Below are positions 14,078 to 28,536 of a stretch of 64,000 bases of DNA, piece by piece; position 1 is the first letter of the stretch, and each line of letters starts with the position of its first letter. The position numbers and the translations under genes were made by a program. This DNA is from Macrostomum lignano (lineage: Eukaryota): the NCBI GenBank assembly GCA_002269645.1, contig NIVC01000092.1, positions 372,001 to 436,000 of the forward strand, in the 5' to 3' direction. Under the pieces are notes generated by a model. The model was not told the DNA's origin and did not search any database. It saw only the letters and a list, made by a program, of their open reading frames with translations.

Positions 14078-14609
14078 TGCAGGCTGCATTCGAGAGATCA
14101 ATTATAAAGCGCAACGCTGGCCCCTCCGGCAGTTTCGCTCGCTCACCGCACAACTCGAGGCGTCTTAATTTAAGGGTTTTAAATCAAGCAGCGGTCTCGG
14201 AGCGACTGGGGCCTGAAGCTATAATAACAATGATTAACAGTCGCGAGGGTAGCGCAATGAAACAGTGGGTGGCAGCCCCTGGCCCTTGGGTTGAGTAGGC
14301 AGGCAGGTTGAGTCAAAACAATGGCAGAGAAATTTTACGGAATGGCGTTTGTTGCCGACAGCAACGAATCACTGAGGAGAATGGCTGGTCTTTTATCGGA
14401 AGGAATTGCTGCTTGTTAAAATGACTCAGTCTTAGTAATGATACTAGGCATAAAAATAGTACGAGCTAATAATAACAATGGAATGCGAAAATTCTGTAAT
14501 TGTTATTTGTGTCTTCGTTGCTAGCTACTAACTCGCCGATACGCTCTACTTGTGTGTCTGCAAGATGGCCAGCTCACTGTTGCTTTAAATGAGTTTGATT
14601 GATAAATAT

Positions 14610-14897
14610 AAAAGTGGACATTAAAGCTCCAAAGTGGACATTTTAGCGCCAGAGTGGACATTGAAGCTCCAAAGTGGACATTGAAGCGCCAAAGTGGACA
14701 TTGAAGCGCCAAAGTGGACATTTTAGCGCCAGAGTGGACATTGAAGCTCCAAAGTGGACATTGAAGCGCCAAAGTGGACATTGAAGCGCCAGAGTGAACA
14801 TTTTAGCGCCAAAGTGGACATTGAAGCTCCAAAGTGGACATTGAAGCGCCAAAGTGGACATTGAAGCTTCAAAGTGGACATTTTAGCGCCAAAGTGA
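14610..14897. repeat. 20-bp minisatellite AAAGTGGACATTGAAGCGCC
   Basis: About 14 copies. Confidence 0.95.
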
Positions 14898-15068
14898 AAG
14901 CATTAAAAAGGTCGCCATAAAGTTTAGGCTGCACAGCACCCCATATATCACTATCAACTCAATCTCTACCATCTTTAGCATTGTGAGTCCCAGAACGCCT
15001 GACACGAACTTAATACAGCTAGTTATTGGACCCAGTTGTCCACCAATGAGGCCAGTTCTCACGCATCA

Positions 15069-15106
<38 letters not shown>

Positions 15107-15591
15107 TTCCCTTTCCCATCTCTGAAATCCCCCAGAATGCGAAAAGTTTTTTTCATTTTCAATTCATCATCATTTCTAATGCCAAACTGAGTGCAATGGC
15201 TCTCGCGCCGTGAGAGACAACACCTCTTGATGAAGAGTGGGAGTCTGGGCCACGCCAATGTATTTTTAAACTGTTTTTTTTTGCTGGGACTTCTGAATCC
15301 TGCGGTCGAATGCGAATGAAGCGACGGCCGGTGACAGTTGGGGGCTGCTTGACTGACAGGTCGGAGCCGCTCTGCCACACCTGATTATAAAGTGGCTGCT
15401 TCAGCCTGGATGCCTCTTCAGTGCACACCAGTTTGTCCGTGTTTCGATCCTCACAGCCTCCCTCAATTCCTCTCATTTTTTATTGAGCACCCCCACCTCT
15501 CAATGATTCTCTTCCGCTTCTGGCGGAGTCCCAGAGCTCTGGCAGAGCCTTGCTGCTTCTAGGAGCAACTTTGCTGCACCATCTACCGTAC

Positions 15592-16151
<560 letters not shown>

Positions 16152-16769
16152 TCATGAGGATCCATCGTCAGCTGCACTTTTCCAGCTTCCTCAGCAGCAT
16201 CAGCATCGCCTGTCCGTCTCCCTCATCTCTCCCAGCAGTTGGTGACTGCCAATTCAAGTTGTGTAAAATTTCACTGTAAAAGTGAAGCACCAGGAGATTC
16301 AGAAGCAGACCCACACAGATCACTTTGCACCTTCGGGCTTTCACGCACATAAAAACGACGCAGTTGCGTTGGTAGATTGCCTCAATAGAATGCAGAGAAA
16401 TTCGAATTGTTTCGTCATTTTTTAAAAGCATCGCGTGAGGCCCAGGTGTGGGGCACGGGATTAAGCTAAGAAATCTGACTGACTGCCGTTTGAAACAAAA
16501 GCAATAAAAAGACGAACCAATTCAGCTCTGTGCCGAGCAACCTGTCGGGCAGTCTCGCTGTGTCTCTGGGCTTTTATGCTTCGGTTTTATTTGAAATCAT
16601 TAATGCCCCCCCCCCCCCTCTAAACGTTTGACTCCACGCACCAACGGTTTCTAACCATTCGTTATCTTTTTCTGTCGGCAAATTGCTTCTTTGTCGAGCT
16701 TGTGATGTTGCTTTTGCACGGAGATTGCGTGTCTGGCCTATCGACTTCCCAGTTCACTTATTTTGACCT

Positions 16770-17230
16770 CGCTCCATCTCTCCCTCTCTCCATCTCTCCC
16801 TCTCTCCCTCTCTCCCTCTCTCCCTCTCTCCCTCTCTCCCTCTCTCCCTCTCTCCATCTCTCCCTCTCTCCCTCTCTCCCTCTCTCCCTCTCTCCATCTC
16901 TCCCTCTCTCCCTCTCTCCCTCTCTCCCTCTCTCCATCTCTCCCTCTCTCCTCTCTCCCTCTCTCCATCTCTCCCTCTCTCCCTCTCTCCCTCTCTCCCT
17001 CTCTCCCTCTCTCCCTCTCTCCCTCTCTCCCTCTCTCCCTCTCTCCATCTCTCCATCTCTCCCTCTCTCCTCTCTCCCTCTCTCCCTCTCTCCCTCTCTC
17101 CCTCTCTCCCTCTCTCCCCCTCTCCCTCTCTCCCTATCTGCCTCTCTCCCTCTCCTTCGCTCCCTCTCTATCCCTCATCTCCCTGCATCTCTCCCTCTCC
17201 ATATCTCCCTCTCCGTCTCTCCCTCTCTTC
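16770..17230. repeat. (TCTCCCTC)n pyrimidine repeat
   Basis: Direct reading. Confidence 0.93.
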
Positions 17231-17657
17231 CTTACCGACACAAATCCCAAATTACCTGCCACACATTCGTGAGTTCAGTCAATAGCCCCCATGCTCAATT
17301 AACAAAGTGTTGGTCACCAAGAGTTAGTCTGATCACACCTCGACTACAGTAGATGTGAGAAACAATGGCCAATTCTGTGTGATTGGGGTGGGATTTGCGG
17401 TTCAAAAGTTGCTTGAGCTAGGACTGGGCTCCCTACCCAGGTGCAAACAGCTACCATCTCGATTCCACAAACTGAGTAATAGGTTTAGCAAAGACCGTAA
17501 TGATGGCTACTGAGTTTTTTGAAGATCGAGAAAATCTCACTGAAACGGATTTTTGATGTCACTCGTGTCAATTAGCTGGGCTGAGTCGGGTTGAGGCGGT
17601 TGGTGGGCGCTGGGAACTTCGGAGTGAGATGGAGCGGCCGACTTTTATGCTCAGTGA

Positions 17658-18063
<406 letters not shown>

Positions 18064-18583
18064 ATTGTACATCCCGTTTCCGTATCGGTGCAGATATTAG
18101 TTGACTTCCTCGTCTTTTTGTTTGCTAGTTGCTAGGCTACAGCTTGAGCACATTCGCTACTCAATGGCGCAGGAATTTCTTGGCTTTCTGGTAAAAAATA
18201 CGCCGAAATACTCAAGGATCTCGAGTGACAGCATGAGATGAAGCTGATAGTCAGGCCGTAAAAGTCATCAGAGAATCTTCTTTAGCAGAGGGATTTCATT
18301 TCAAAAGAGATAAAAGACGCCTGTATCGATTTTTATTTTCAAACTCGCCGGGTCAAGAGGTCACTCCGGTGGCCGACTGGCACAACCTCAGGTGTCCCGC
18401 TAATCCCATATCTTAGGGATTAAAAATCTGCAGAAAAATTATCTGTGACTCAGCCGACTTGCAGAAGATTCGATGCAATTTCGGCCAATGGAATTCGCCA
18501 AGTCTCCCATTCCTTAATCCTTGATCCCCGATCACCTGTCCAGAGCTGACGATGACTTCTCAGGCGGATCTGCGTCACAACTT

Positions 18584-18589
18584 TTTATT
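18584..18589 (-). promoter_or_regulatory. AATAAA, candidate intronic poly(A) signal for a short protocadherin isoform
   Basis: Plus-strand TTTATT about 165 nt past the read-through stop at 18751. Confidence 0.3.
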
Positions 18590-18855
18590 CTAAGGGTCTC
18601 ACCAGAACATTTTGGTGGATGATGTAGGGAGGCGGGTGTCTGGAGAGTCCTGATGTTGCACTGTTGCGAGACAGACAACAGAGTGAGATCAGAGGGTAGA
18701 GTGAATCTCATATTAGGAGTGCTTCTCAGAGTGCTTCTCATAGTGACTCTCTATTGATTCCTAGAGTGATTCCCAGAGTGCCTCCCAGAATGCCTCTCAG
18801 AGTGACTATTTGAGTGCCTCTCAGAGTGCCTCTCAGAGTGCTTCTCCAGACTCAC

Positions 18856-20520
18856 GTGGCAGTGATGAAGCGGCACGATGCAGTCGCTGCGCGAGTACAG
18901 CGACGCGTGCGACATTTTCAGCCGGCCGTCAAGCGCCTCCAACGGCAGATGGTCGGCGGCGCCGGAGCCGGGCGCCATCGGCGACTTCGCCTGATGCTCG
19001 CCAGACGCCTCGTCGTCTCCGGCGATGGCGGCTGCGGCTGCGGACTTGCCGCAACCGCCGGGCCGGCCGCCTCCGTTCGAGTACAGCCGGTTGCTGCCGG
19101 CCGCGGCGCCCAGGCGTCGCCTCGTGTGCCAGATGGAGGCCATGAGGATGCAGGACAGCACGAACGTCACCGAGCAGATGATCACAATCAGCAGGAAGTT
19201 CATCTCGCTGGCCGACAGCCCGGACGCCGTGGCCGGATCGGGCGAGTCGTCCACCAGCAGCACCAGGCGAGCCGTGCGGGTCATGGACGTCTCGCCAGAG
19301 TCGCTCACCTGCACCTGCAGTTCGTACCGTCCGATGTCGGACTTCGCCATCCGGCGCCTGACGAACACGCCGCCGCTGTCGGGTTTGACGCCAAACAGCT
19401 TGGCGCCGCGGTCGGCTCCGCCCTGCTGCCGGAGGCTGAACACCAGCCGGGCGTTCCTGTCGAGGTCGTTGTCGATGGCATCGATATTGCAGACGATCGA
19501 GTTCGGCCGGCTGAGGTAGGACAAGCTGGCGGTGTGGTTCATCAGGCTGGGCCAGCGGATCTCCGGCGCGTTGTCGTTGATGTCCTCGACCGTGATGGTG
19601 ATCGTGGCGCTGCCGTTGAGCTGCGGCGTGCCGCCGTCGGTGGCCACCACGCGGATGAAGTAGCGGTCCTGCGCCTCCCGGTCCAGCCGCTGGGCCACGT
19701 AGATTCGGCCGTCGCGCTCAACCCGGAAGGCCCTGGCAGCCGCGTTGCCTTCGGTGGCGGGCGTGTACACCAGCTGGCCGTTCTGGCCGGCGTCCCGGTC
19801 GGTGGCGTTCACCTTGCCGACCAGGTCGCCGATCTGCGCGCCTTCGGAGACGGTGAAGTGCAGCTTTGCCAGATCGTCGAAGGTCGGCGCGCAGTCGTTG
19901 ATGTCGCTAAGGCTGATGAAAATCGACAGGCTGGTCGATCGGCGGGGAGTGCCGTTGTCGGCGGCCACGATGCTGAAGCTGTAGGACTCCTGGGTCTCGC
20001 GGTCCAGCAGGCTGGCGGCCACGATGGTGCCGTTGCTTAGCACCCGGAAGAACCGCTCGATCTCGGGCGGCTCCAGCCAGTAGCTGATTCGCGAATTCTC
20101 CCCCTCGTCATCGTCGGAGGCTGGCATGCTTAAGATGAAGCTACCGGCCGGGCCGCCCTCCTGGATGTTGATGCGGTCCTGGCTCCAGTTGAACTTGGGC
20201 GGGTTGTCGTTCTGGTCAAGGATGGTGGCGTTCACCAGCAGCTCCGTGAGCTGGGGCGGCGCGCCGTTGTCCTGACAACGCACCGTCCACAGCTTCCAGG
20301 CCAGCTTCTCGCGGTCAAACACGGACGAGGTGCTCAAAACGTAGGACTTGGCGTCCTGCTGGCGCATCTGCAGGTCCGGCTGCAGCGCCACGCAGGTGAC
20401 CTGGCCGGCCTCACCGGCGTCCTTGTCCTCCACGGACATCAGCGCGAACGGCCGGTTGGGCAGGTCGGACTCGGTAATCTCCACTGGGCTGGCGAAGCCT
20501 TTGATGCCATAGACTGTCAC
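18856..20520 (-). CDS. Delta-type protocadherin exon 2 (EC4-EC7, transmembrane helix, proximal cytoplasmic tail)
   Basis: Acceptor ctccag|gtg at 20521 (phase 0) joins NKPT to VTVYGIKG. Motifs FDRE, DQNDNPP, LDRE, DINDCAP, LDRE, DINDNAP; TM FLLIVIICSVTFVLSCILMASIW; donor cac|gtgagt at 18855 (phase 0); 1665 nt = 555 codons. Read-through would stop at 18753-18751. Confidence 0.93.
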
Positions 20521-20624
20521 CTGGAGGCGCGGGTCGGGAGAGCGAATGACTCCAGCAGTTTGACGTGTTGTCTCTAGAGACTCCACTCTAGAGGTCTTAA
20601 TAGTCTGTAGACTCTACATACTAC

Positions 20625-21310
20625 AAAAAAACCCTTGTATCCCCTCTAGAAATCTGACACGCTGACATCCTTCCAGAGATCTTGACACCTTGACACCCTT
20701 CTATCTAGAGATCTGATACCCTGACACCCTTCTATCTAGAGATCTGACACCATGACACCCTTCTATCTAGAGATCTGACACCATGACACCCTTCTATCTA
20801 GAGATCTGACACCATGACACCCTTCTATCTAGAGATCTGACACCATGACACCCTTCTATCTAGAGATCTGACACCATGACACCCTTCTATCTAGAGATCT
20901 GACACCATGACACCCTTCTATCTAGAGATCTGACACCATGACACCCTTCTATCTAGAGATCTGACACCATGACAACCTTCTATCTAGAGATCTAACACCA
21001 TGACACCCTTCTATCTAGAGATCTAACACCATGACACCCTTCTATCTAGAGATCTGACACCATGACACCCTTCTATCTAGAGATCTGACACCATGACACC
21101 CTTCTATCTAGAGATCTGACACCATGACACCCTTCTATCTAGAGATCTAACACCATGACACCCTTCTATCTAGAGATCTGACACCATGACACCCTTCTAT
21201 CTAGAGATCTGACACCATGACACCCTTCTATCTAGAGATCTGACATCCTTCTAGAGTTCTGACAACCTTACATCATTTCAGAGATCTGACACCTGACACC
21301 CTGACACGAT
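20625..21310. repeat. 31-bp minisatellite CTAGAGATCTGACACCATGACACCCTTCTAT (protocadherin intron 1)
   Basis: About 18 good copies plus degenerate edges. Confidence 0.95.
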
Positions 21311-21371
21311 TTAAAAAACACTGATGTACCGGTAGTTTTAAGGACACTAACAACCTTCTGAAACTTTAATA

Positions 21372-21690
21372 AAGACACTGACACCCTACTAAAGACACTG
21401 ACACCCTACTAGAGACACTGACACCCTACTAGAGACATTGACACCCTACTAAAGACACTGACACCCTACTAGAGACACTGACACCCTACTAAAGACACTG
21501 ACACCCTACTAAAGACACTGACACCCTACTAAAGACACTGATACCCTACTAAAGACACTGACACCCTACTAGAGACATTGACACCCTACTAGAGACACTG
21601 ACACCCTACTAGAGACTCTGACACCCTACTAGAGACTCTGACACCCTACTAGAGACTCTGACACCCTACTAGACACTCTGACACCCTACC
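21372..21690. repeat. 20-bp minisatellite GACACTGACACCCTACTARA (protocadherin intron 1)
   Basis: About 16 copies. Confidence 0.95.
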
Positions 21691-21722
21691 AAAACTGCAT
21701 CTGGCAGGCCTCAGCAACTCAC

Positions 21723-22832
21723 AGTCGGCTTGTTATCGTTAACATCCTTCACCAGGACGCGCAGCGAGCACTCGGCCGACAGCGGCCTCTGCCCGGCGTC
21801 CTTCACCAGCACCGTCAGCCGGAAGGCCGTGACGCTCTCGTAGTCGAGCTGCCGAGCGAGTTTCAACGTGCCGTCCGCCGAGTTCAACTCGAAGGTGGCC
21901 AAATAGGCGGCTTCGTCAGCGGCGCTGAAGTCGCGACCGCGCCGCTCGATGCCGACGGTCAGGCTGTACACCAGCCGGGCGTTCTCGCCGATGTCGGCGT
22001 CCTTGGCGTCGATTCTGGTCAACACGGAGCCGACTGAGGTGTCCTCATCTCTGGTGACGTCGGAGCAGCCGCTCTGGATCACCGGCGGGCTGTCGTTATC
22101 GTCGAGGACGCTGACGGTCAGGCTGAGGGTGCCGGTGTTGGCGGGGCTGCCAGAGTCGACGGCCCGCAGCTGCAGCGCGTAGACGCTCTGACGCTCGCGG
22201 TCGAGCGGCTGCAGCAGCCGGATCCTCGGCGGATCCTCGCCGGTCACCAGCTCGAAGACTCGACCAACAGAGCCGTCGCCGGACACGAGCTGGTAGCCGT
22301 CCGGCCGGACACCGTTGGCCGGGGAGTCGCGGTCGCTAGCCGCCCGCAGGCGGAACACCTCGCCGACAATGCCGGGCTCCAGGATGCTGACCGAGTGACC
22401 GTCGGCCGGGACAAACACGGGCGGATTGTCGTTGATGTCCAAGACGGTCAGGTTGAGGTTGACGAGAGTCACGAAGGCGGAGCCGGCCATGACCGAGTAC
22501 TGCAGCTGGTCGGTGCACGCGGCGAGCCCGTCGCAGACAGCCTCGCGATCCAGGCGGCCGTTGAGCGCCAGGTCGGCCCGGCGATTCACCGACAGCAGGC
22601 GGCCCAGCTGCTTGTTGCTCTTGACCAGGTTGAAGCTCAGGCTTCTGCGAAAGGTATCGTTCCATCGGCTGAACTGCCGGATGTCGGTCAGCAGGTTGCC
22701 GATCGTCTTCGGCGGAGCGACCTCCTCGCTGATGCTGTAGGCATGCCATGGTGTCTCCAGACTGTCGACTTGGCGGCTGGCTTGAAGCAAAGCAAGCAAG
22801 ACTTGAAAAAGAAGCAGACCAAGCCGCTTCAT
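21723..22832 (-). CDS. Delta-type protocadherin exon 1 (signal peptide + cadherin repeats EC1-EC3)
   Basis: Hydrophobic N-terminus MKRLGLLLFQVLLALLQA; cadherin motifs LDRE, DINDNPP, A.D.D, DDNDSPP, LDYE, DVNDNKP. The ORF runs into donor act|gtgagt at 21722 (phase 0); 1110 nt = 370 codons. Confidence 0.95.
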
Positions 22833-22851
22833 CTTTGGTTGCGAGTGTTGC

Positions 22852-22862
22852 CTGAGGGAAAT
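22852..22862 (-). promoter_or_regulatory. 3' splice acceptor 19 nt upstream of the protocadherin ATG (cis- or trans-splice acceptor)
   Basis: Minus strand reads tttccctcag|gcaacactcgcaaccaaagATG. Confidence 0.5.
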
Positions 22863-23544
22863 ATGTTTTTTATTATGGTTTTACAGTGCGTTTGAAGATT
22901 TCTAACTGACTTTCTCGTCTTGACTGCATCGATAGAGTGGCAGCACAGCCTCCCCCTAGTAGCGGCAATCAGCTGGTCTATTATGCGTGTTTGCTGCTTT
23001 TGTAGCCTGCAGTTCCATTGGGTGGGCTGCACAAGGCGGAGTGGGGTGGGGGGCCCAGTTCGTAGGCCGCCCCAATTGGGTAGGCATTGAGGAGGCTGAC
23101 TGACTGATGATGCTCCAAACTCACTGGCAGCTTTGAGCAGTTTGAGTCCAAAAAAAGATGATGGATCGTTGGAGGGAACGCAACGTTAGTTATGTGTATT
23201 TATACACAATACAAACTCGCTGCTGTGAGGCTGCCTCAGGCAGGATCCCCTAAGCTCCACGAGAAGCTTTAATCACTCGACGAGCAACAAGTTTGAGACG
23301 GAAGATCAAGATGGGGAAGGGGGGAAGCCGAATCGAGGAGACTGGGGAGTTCGGGACGGCCAATCAATCAATCAAAGTCGGATGGGCTCAACTTTAGCGC
23401 CTGACTTTTTTCGAAATAATTAGACACTTTTTTAACCTGAGAGAAACAGTAAGCCGAGTCTTGAGTGGTAATAATTTCCTGGGATTAAGTGGAGCTCTTG
23501 GGTTTAAGCAGGGCCCGCCTTGAATAAACAGTTTTGAGCTAATT

Positions 23545-24180
23545 GTTGAAAATATTTGGCACTCATTGCAGACAATATTTGGCGCCAAGTTTAAAAAAGT
23601 TATTTTGGCGCAATTTACAGAAAAAAGTTGCCGCTAATTGCAGAAAATATTTGGCGCTAATCGTAGAAAACATTTGGCGCTAATTGCAGCAAATAATTGG
23701 CGCTAATTGCAGAAAATATTCGGCGCTAATCGTAGAAAACATTTGGCGCTAATTGCAGAAAACATTTGGCGCTAATTGCAGAAAATATTTGGCGCTAATC
23801 GTAGAAAACATTTGGCGCTAATTGCAGAAAACATCTGGCGCTAATTGCAGAAAATATTTGGCGCTAATCGTAGAAAACATTTGGCGCTAATTGCAGAAAA
23901 TATTCGGCCCTAATCGTAGAAAACATTTGGCGCTAATTGCAGAAAATATTCGGCGCTATTCGTAGAAAAGATTTGGCGCTAATTGCAGCAAATATTCGGC
24001 GCTATTTGTAGAAAAGATTTGGCGCTAATCGTAGAAAATACTTAACGCTTATTGCAGAAAATATTTGGCGCTAATTGTAGAAAATATTTGGCGCTAATTG
24101 TAGAAAATATTTGGCGCTAATCGTAGAAAATATTTGGCGCTAATCGTAGAAAATATTTGGCGCTTATTGTAGAAAAAAAT
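23545..24180. repeat. 23-bp minisatellite AAATATTTGGCGCTAATTGCAGA
   Basis: About 25 copies. Confidence 0.94.
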
Positions 24181-24929
24181 TTTAGCCACACTGTATAGAG
24201 CATAAATTTCCGGTTTCAGTTGCCGTCCCAATGTTTTGTTCAGGCAAAAGCTAAACAGGCTATCTTTTCCCAGACCTCCGTTACCCAACTATTGCGTAAT
24301 CAATTTCTATATATTTTTTCTCTTGGGGTCAAAGTCTCTCTGTGCGTGTTTTGTTTCTTAATCTATCAGCCAGAGGACACGGCACGCAGTGATAACCCCG
24401 AAAATATTGCTTCGCATTTTGATCCAGAATGTCGGTAAGGAATTAAAATGTAGAAGGAAATCTCGACTTAGCAACTGGACAACCCGGAACTGGATCGGCC
24501 ATTCAGATCAGATCCCGGATGGGGAAATTCGAGGGTCACGGCCTAAGCTGTAGCATTTTAATGAGCGCGCGGAAAAAACACTGACTATGTGAGCTGGGCT
24601 GATTGCCCGACCCCACCCAAAGCACCAATGCGCACGCAAAATTATTGAAAGGATGAGGATGGTTAGGCCAGCTTCTTCTGCTCCTCATCTTATAGACTTT
24701 CGGATGCTTCTTGACCTCGAACGAGCAGTCGTCCGCCTCTGTACGGCTGCTGAGTTTTCACCCTGGCCACTATGCGGGAGTTTAAGCAGATGGCGGTGAC
24801 CTGCGCGCGAAGTTACGTAACCGACTCTGGACCCTCGGGTCCTGGCCGAGGCGAACCATGCAGGCATCAAGAAGCCGAGATGCAGAAAGTTTCTTTTAAT
24901 ATTTTGGCACTCACTGCCAAAACTCACTA

Positions 24930-25825
24930 ACTCTGAACTTCACACAAATCCTGAACTTCACACAAAACCCTAAACTTCACAAAAACCATAAACTTCACAA
25001 AAACCATAAACTTCACACAAACCCTAAACTTCACACAGACCCTAAACTTCACACAAACCCTAAACTTCACACAGACCCTAAACTTCACACAGACCCTAAA
25101 CTTCACACAAACCCTAAACTTCACACAAACCCTAAACTTCACACAGACCCTAAACTTCACACAAACCCTAAACTTCACACAGACCCTAAACTTCACATAA
25201 ACCCTCAACTTCACATAAACCCTAAACTTCACACAAACCCTAAACTTCACACAGACCCTAAACTTCACACAGACCCTAAACTTCACAAAAACCATAAACT
25301 TCACACAAACCCTAAACTTCACACAAACCCTAAACTTCACATAAACCCTAAACTTCACACAAACCCTAAACTTCACACAGACCCTAAACTTCACACAGAC
25401 CCTAAACTTCACACAAACCCTAAACTTCACACAAACCCTAAACTTCACACAGACCCTAAACTTCACACAAACCCTAAATTTCACACAAACCCTAAACTTC
25501 ACACAAACCCTAAACTTCGCACAAACCCTAAACTTCACACAGACCCTAAACTTCGCACAAACCCTAAACTTCACACAGACCCTAAACTTCGCACAAACCC
25601 TAAACTTCACACAGACCCTAAACTTCGCACAAACCCTAAACTTCACACAGACCCTAAACTTCACACAGACCCTTAACTTCACACAGACCCTAAACTTCAC
25701 ACAGACCCTAAACTTCACACAGACCCTTAACTTCACACAGACCCTAAACTTCACACAGACCCTAAACTTCACACAGACCCTTAACTTCACACAGACCCTA
25801 AACTTCACACAAAACCTAAACTTCC
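24930..25825. repeat. 18-bp minisatellite CCCTAAACTTCACACARA
   Basis: About 49 copies; source of the false VCVKFR ORF. Confidence 0.96.
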
Positions 25826-26802
25826 CCAACACTAAAGAAATCCATATTTTAGGAATCTAGGCATCAGTTGACCTTTAGCCCACTGACCCAACCCCAACGC
25901 TGCCTTGGAATTTTTCAAACCGGCGGGCATGCCCGATTCTTATCGGCGCAGTTGAGGTGCCTTCCCGGGCAGTGGCCTATAAACACGAATTTCTGGTTCC
26001 GTGTGGCAACTAACCACTGGCTGCATCTTATTGGGAATTTGACACGATATAAAAATGTGACTAAGCTATTGCGAATTTCAAATTCTTTATTTTTAGTTGC
26101 AAGATGTGCCGACAAGATCAAAGACAACCGTAGAAAAATGGGTTCCAAAAAAAGCATCCGTTAGGAATGAAGTTTGACAATCCTTTATTAGGCTGAAGCC
26201 AAACATGTGTAGTTTTCGTTAACAGCTATTTTACTTGGCTAAAATCAGACAGGCAGATCTTGATCAAAGTGAAGCCTCTAAAAAACCTGCAGATGTTGTC
26301 AGTTTTATATAAATCCAATTCTATCAACATGCTCAATGCCGGGGCTTCAAATAAATTTTTTTTACTGACTTTTTTCAAGCACTGAGATGGCTGAAGGGCG
26401 GTGGTTTGCTGGATATATGGATTATGTTCTTTTAAAGGGGCATTAGGATAAGCCATTAAGATGGGGATTCAAAGGTAGTCGGAGCAGGACTGCAATGGAG
26501 AAGAGACACGGCATGGGGTGGCTCGTCACACACTGTGGTTTTTACCTGCCGGTTTTCGGGGTTATAAAATATGCGCCCGTCAGGTGAAGGGCTTTATGAG
26601 CAGCGCTCACACCTGGTGCTTCGGTTTGACAGTTTTTATTCTGTCAAGGATGAACTTGGTTGGAGAGAGAGAGAGAGTTGACAGGAGTAACGGGGGTTTC
26701 TATGGGTGGGTGGCTTGAAATTCAGAATTGACAGTTGAACAGCTGGGTGTCCTCAATATGAGAGCTCATTTACAGATGAGCGCTGAGACACAAAGACACT
26801 TA

Positions 26803-27505
<703 letters not shown>

Positions 27506-27949
27506 AGACACCCTGGCAGCAAAGCAGGTTGACTTTCGCGCATCAGTAGTCTTCTTTCCGCAAAGAAGAAGATCCAGCGCTAATCCCGGCCATTCCGCCG
27601 GGACCCGGACTCGGATAATCTCGCATTGGATGGCAGCGGATTATCTGGCCACGCGCTATCAATTCTGCCAGCGGCTTGGCGCCCTGATGAGAGTTTGATG
27701 CCGGCTCTTCTAAGCCTTGGCCTGGGAGCAGTGCGAGAAGCTTCTTCATACTTTTAGTGTTCAATGCGAGATGCTTCCTTATCTCTGTGTGTGCGCGGAG
27801 ACTTCAATTATCTGCACTTGATCTTCGGCGAGGCCCTCGTGGAATTGACGGAATCATAGGGGAAGGGGCTTCATGGGAGCTCAGGGTGTTGCTGCAGTGC
27901 GAATTGAGTGAGAACAGCTGCATCTCATTGCATCTCCTGAGTGTTCGAT

Positions 27950-28260
27950 CTACTCTTAGTTCTACTCCTTCAACTCTCTGCTCCATTCTCTTCTCTCCCC
28001 TGTCTACTTCTCTATCTGTTTCTGCTCTCTCCATATGTGTCTATCTACTTCTCTTCTATTCGTCTATTTCTTATTCTTTTCTATCTATCTGTCTATTTCT
28101 CTCCCATTTGTGTCTACTTCTCTTCTATCCATCTACTTCTCTCCCATTTGTGTCTACTTCTCTTCTATCCATCTACTTATCTCCCATTTGTGTCTACTTC
28201 TCTTCTATCTAGCTACTTCTCTCCCATTTGTGTCTACTTCCCTCATCATTCTGTCCACTT
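27950..28260. repeat. Degenerate 40-bp pyrimidine-rich repeat
   Basis: ATTTGTGTCTACTTC recurs at 28106, 28146, 28186, 28226. Confidence 0.8.
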
Positions 28261-28492
28261 TTTAGCCAATCCTTCTACCTCTCTGAGTTCCCTCCAGCCT
28301 CTCGTGTTTCACCGCTCAAGACTCAACCCCCATGGCCACATGCAGCCGGGGCATGTGATCACAGGCCAGGCCGCCATCAAGCTGACAAGCTCCAGGACCT
28401 CATCCTCCCTCTCTCACTCATCAAAAGGACTCGATTTCATCAGAATCAAAGCCACTCGACCTGTTTGCCGCTGCCTTTATCTCTCCATTAAA

Positions 28493-28536
<44 letters not shown>

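Noticed and set aside
18604-18661. Possible small phase-0 protocadherin exon (CNIRTLQTPASLHHPPKCS)
   Set aside because: It ends in phase 1, incompatible with the phase-0 exon at 10469, and has no conserved motif.
18810-20040. Plus-strand ORFs of 408, 164, 111 and 79 aa, and similar ones at 21949-22895 and 56764-58976
   Set aside because: Shadow frames antisense to GC-rich exons.
23507-24194. MITE-like termini around the 23-bp array (CAGGGCCCGCC ... GCCACACTG)
   Set aside because: The inverted match is only 3-4 bp and there is no target-site duplication.
24930-25825. CCCTAAA plant-type telomere motif in the 18-bp array
   Set aside because: One heptamer per unit within a longer monomer, not tandem telomeric repeat.
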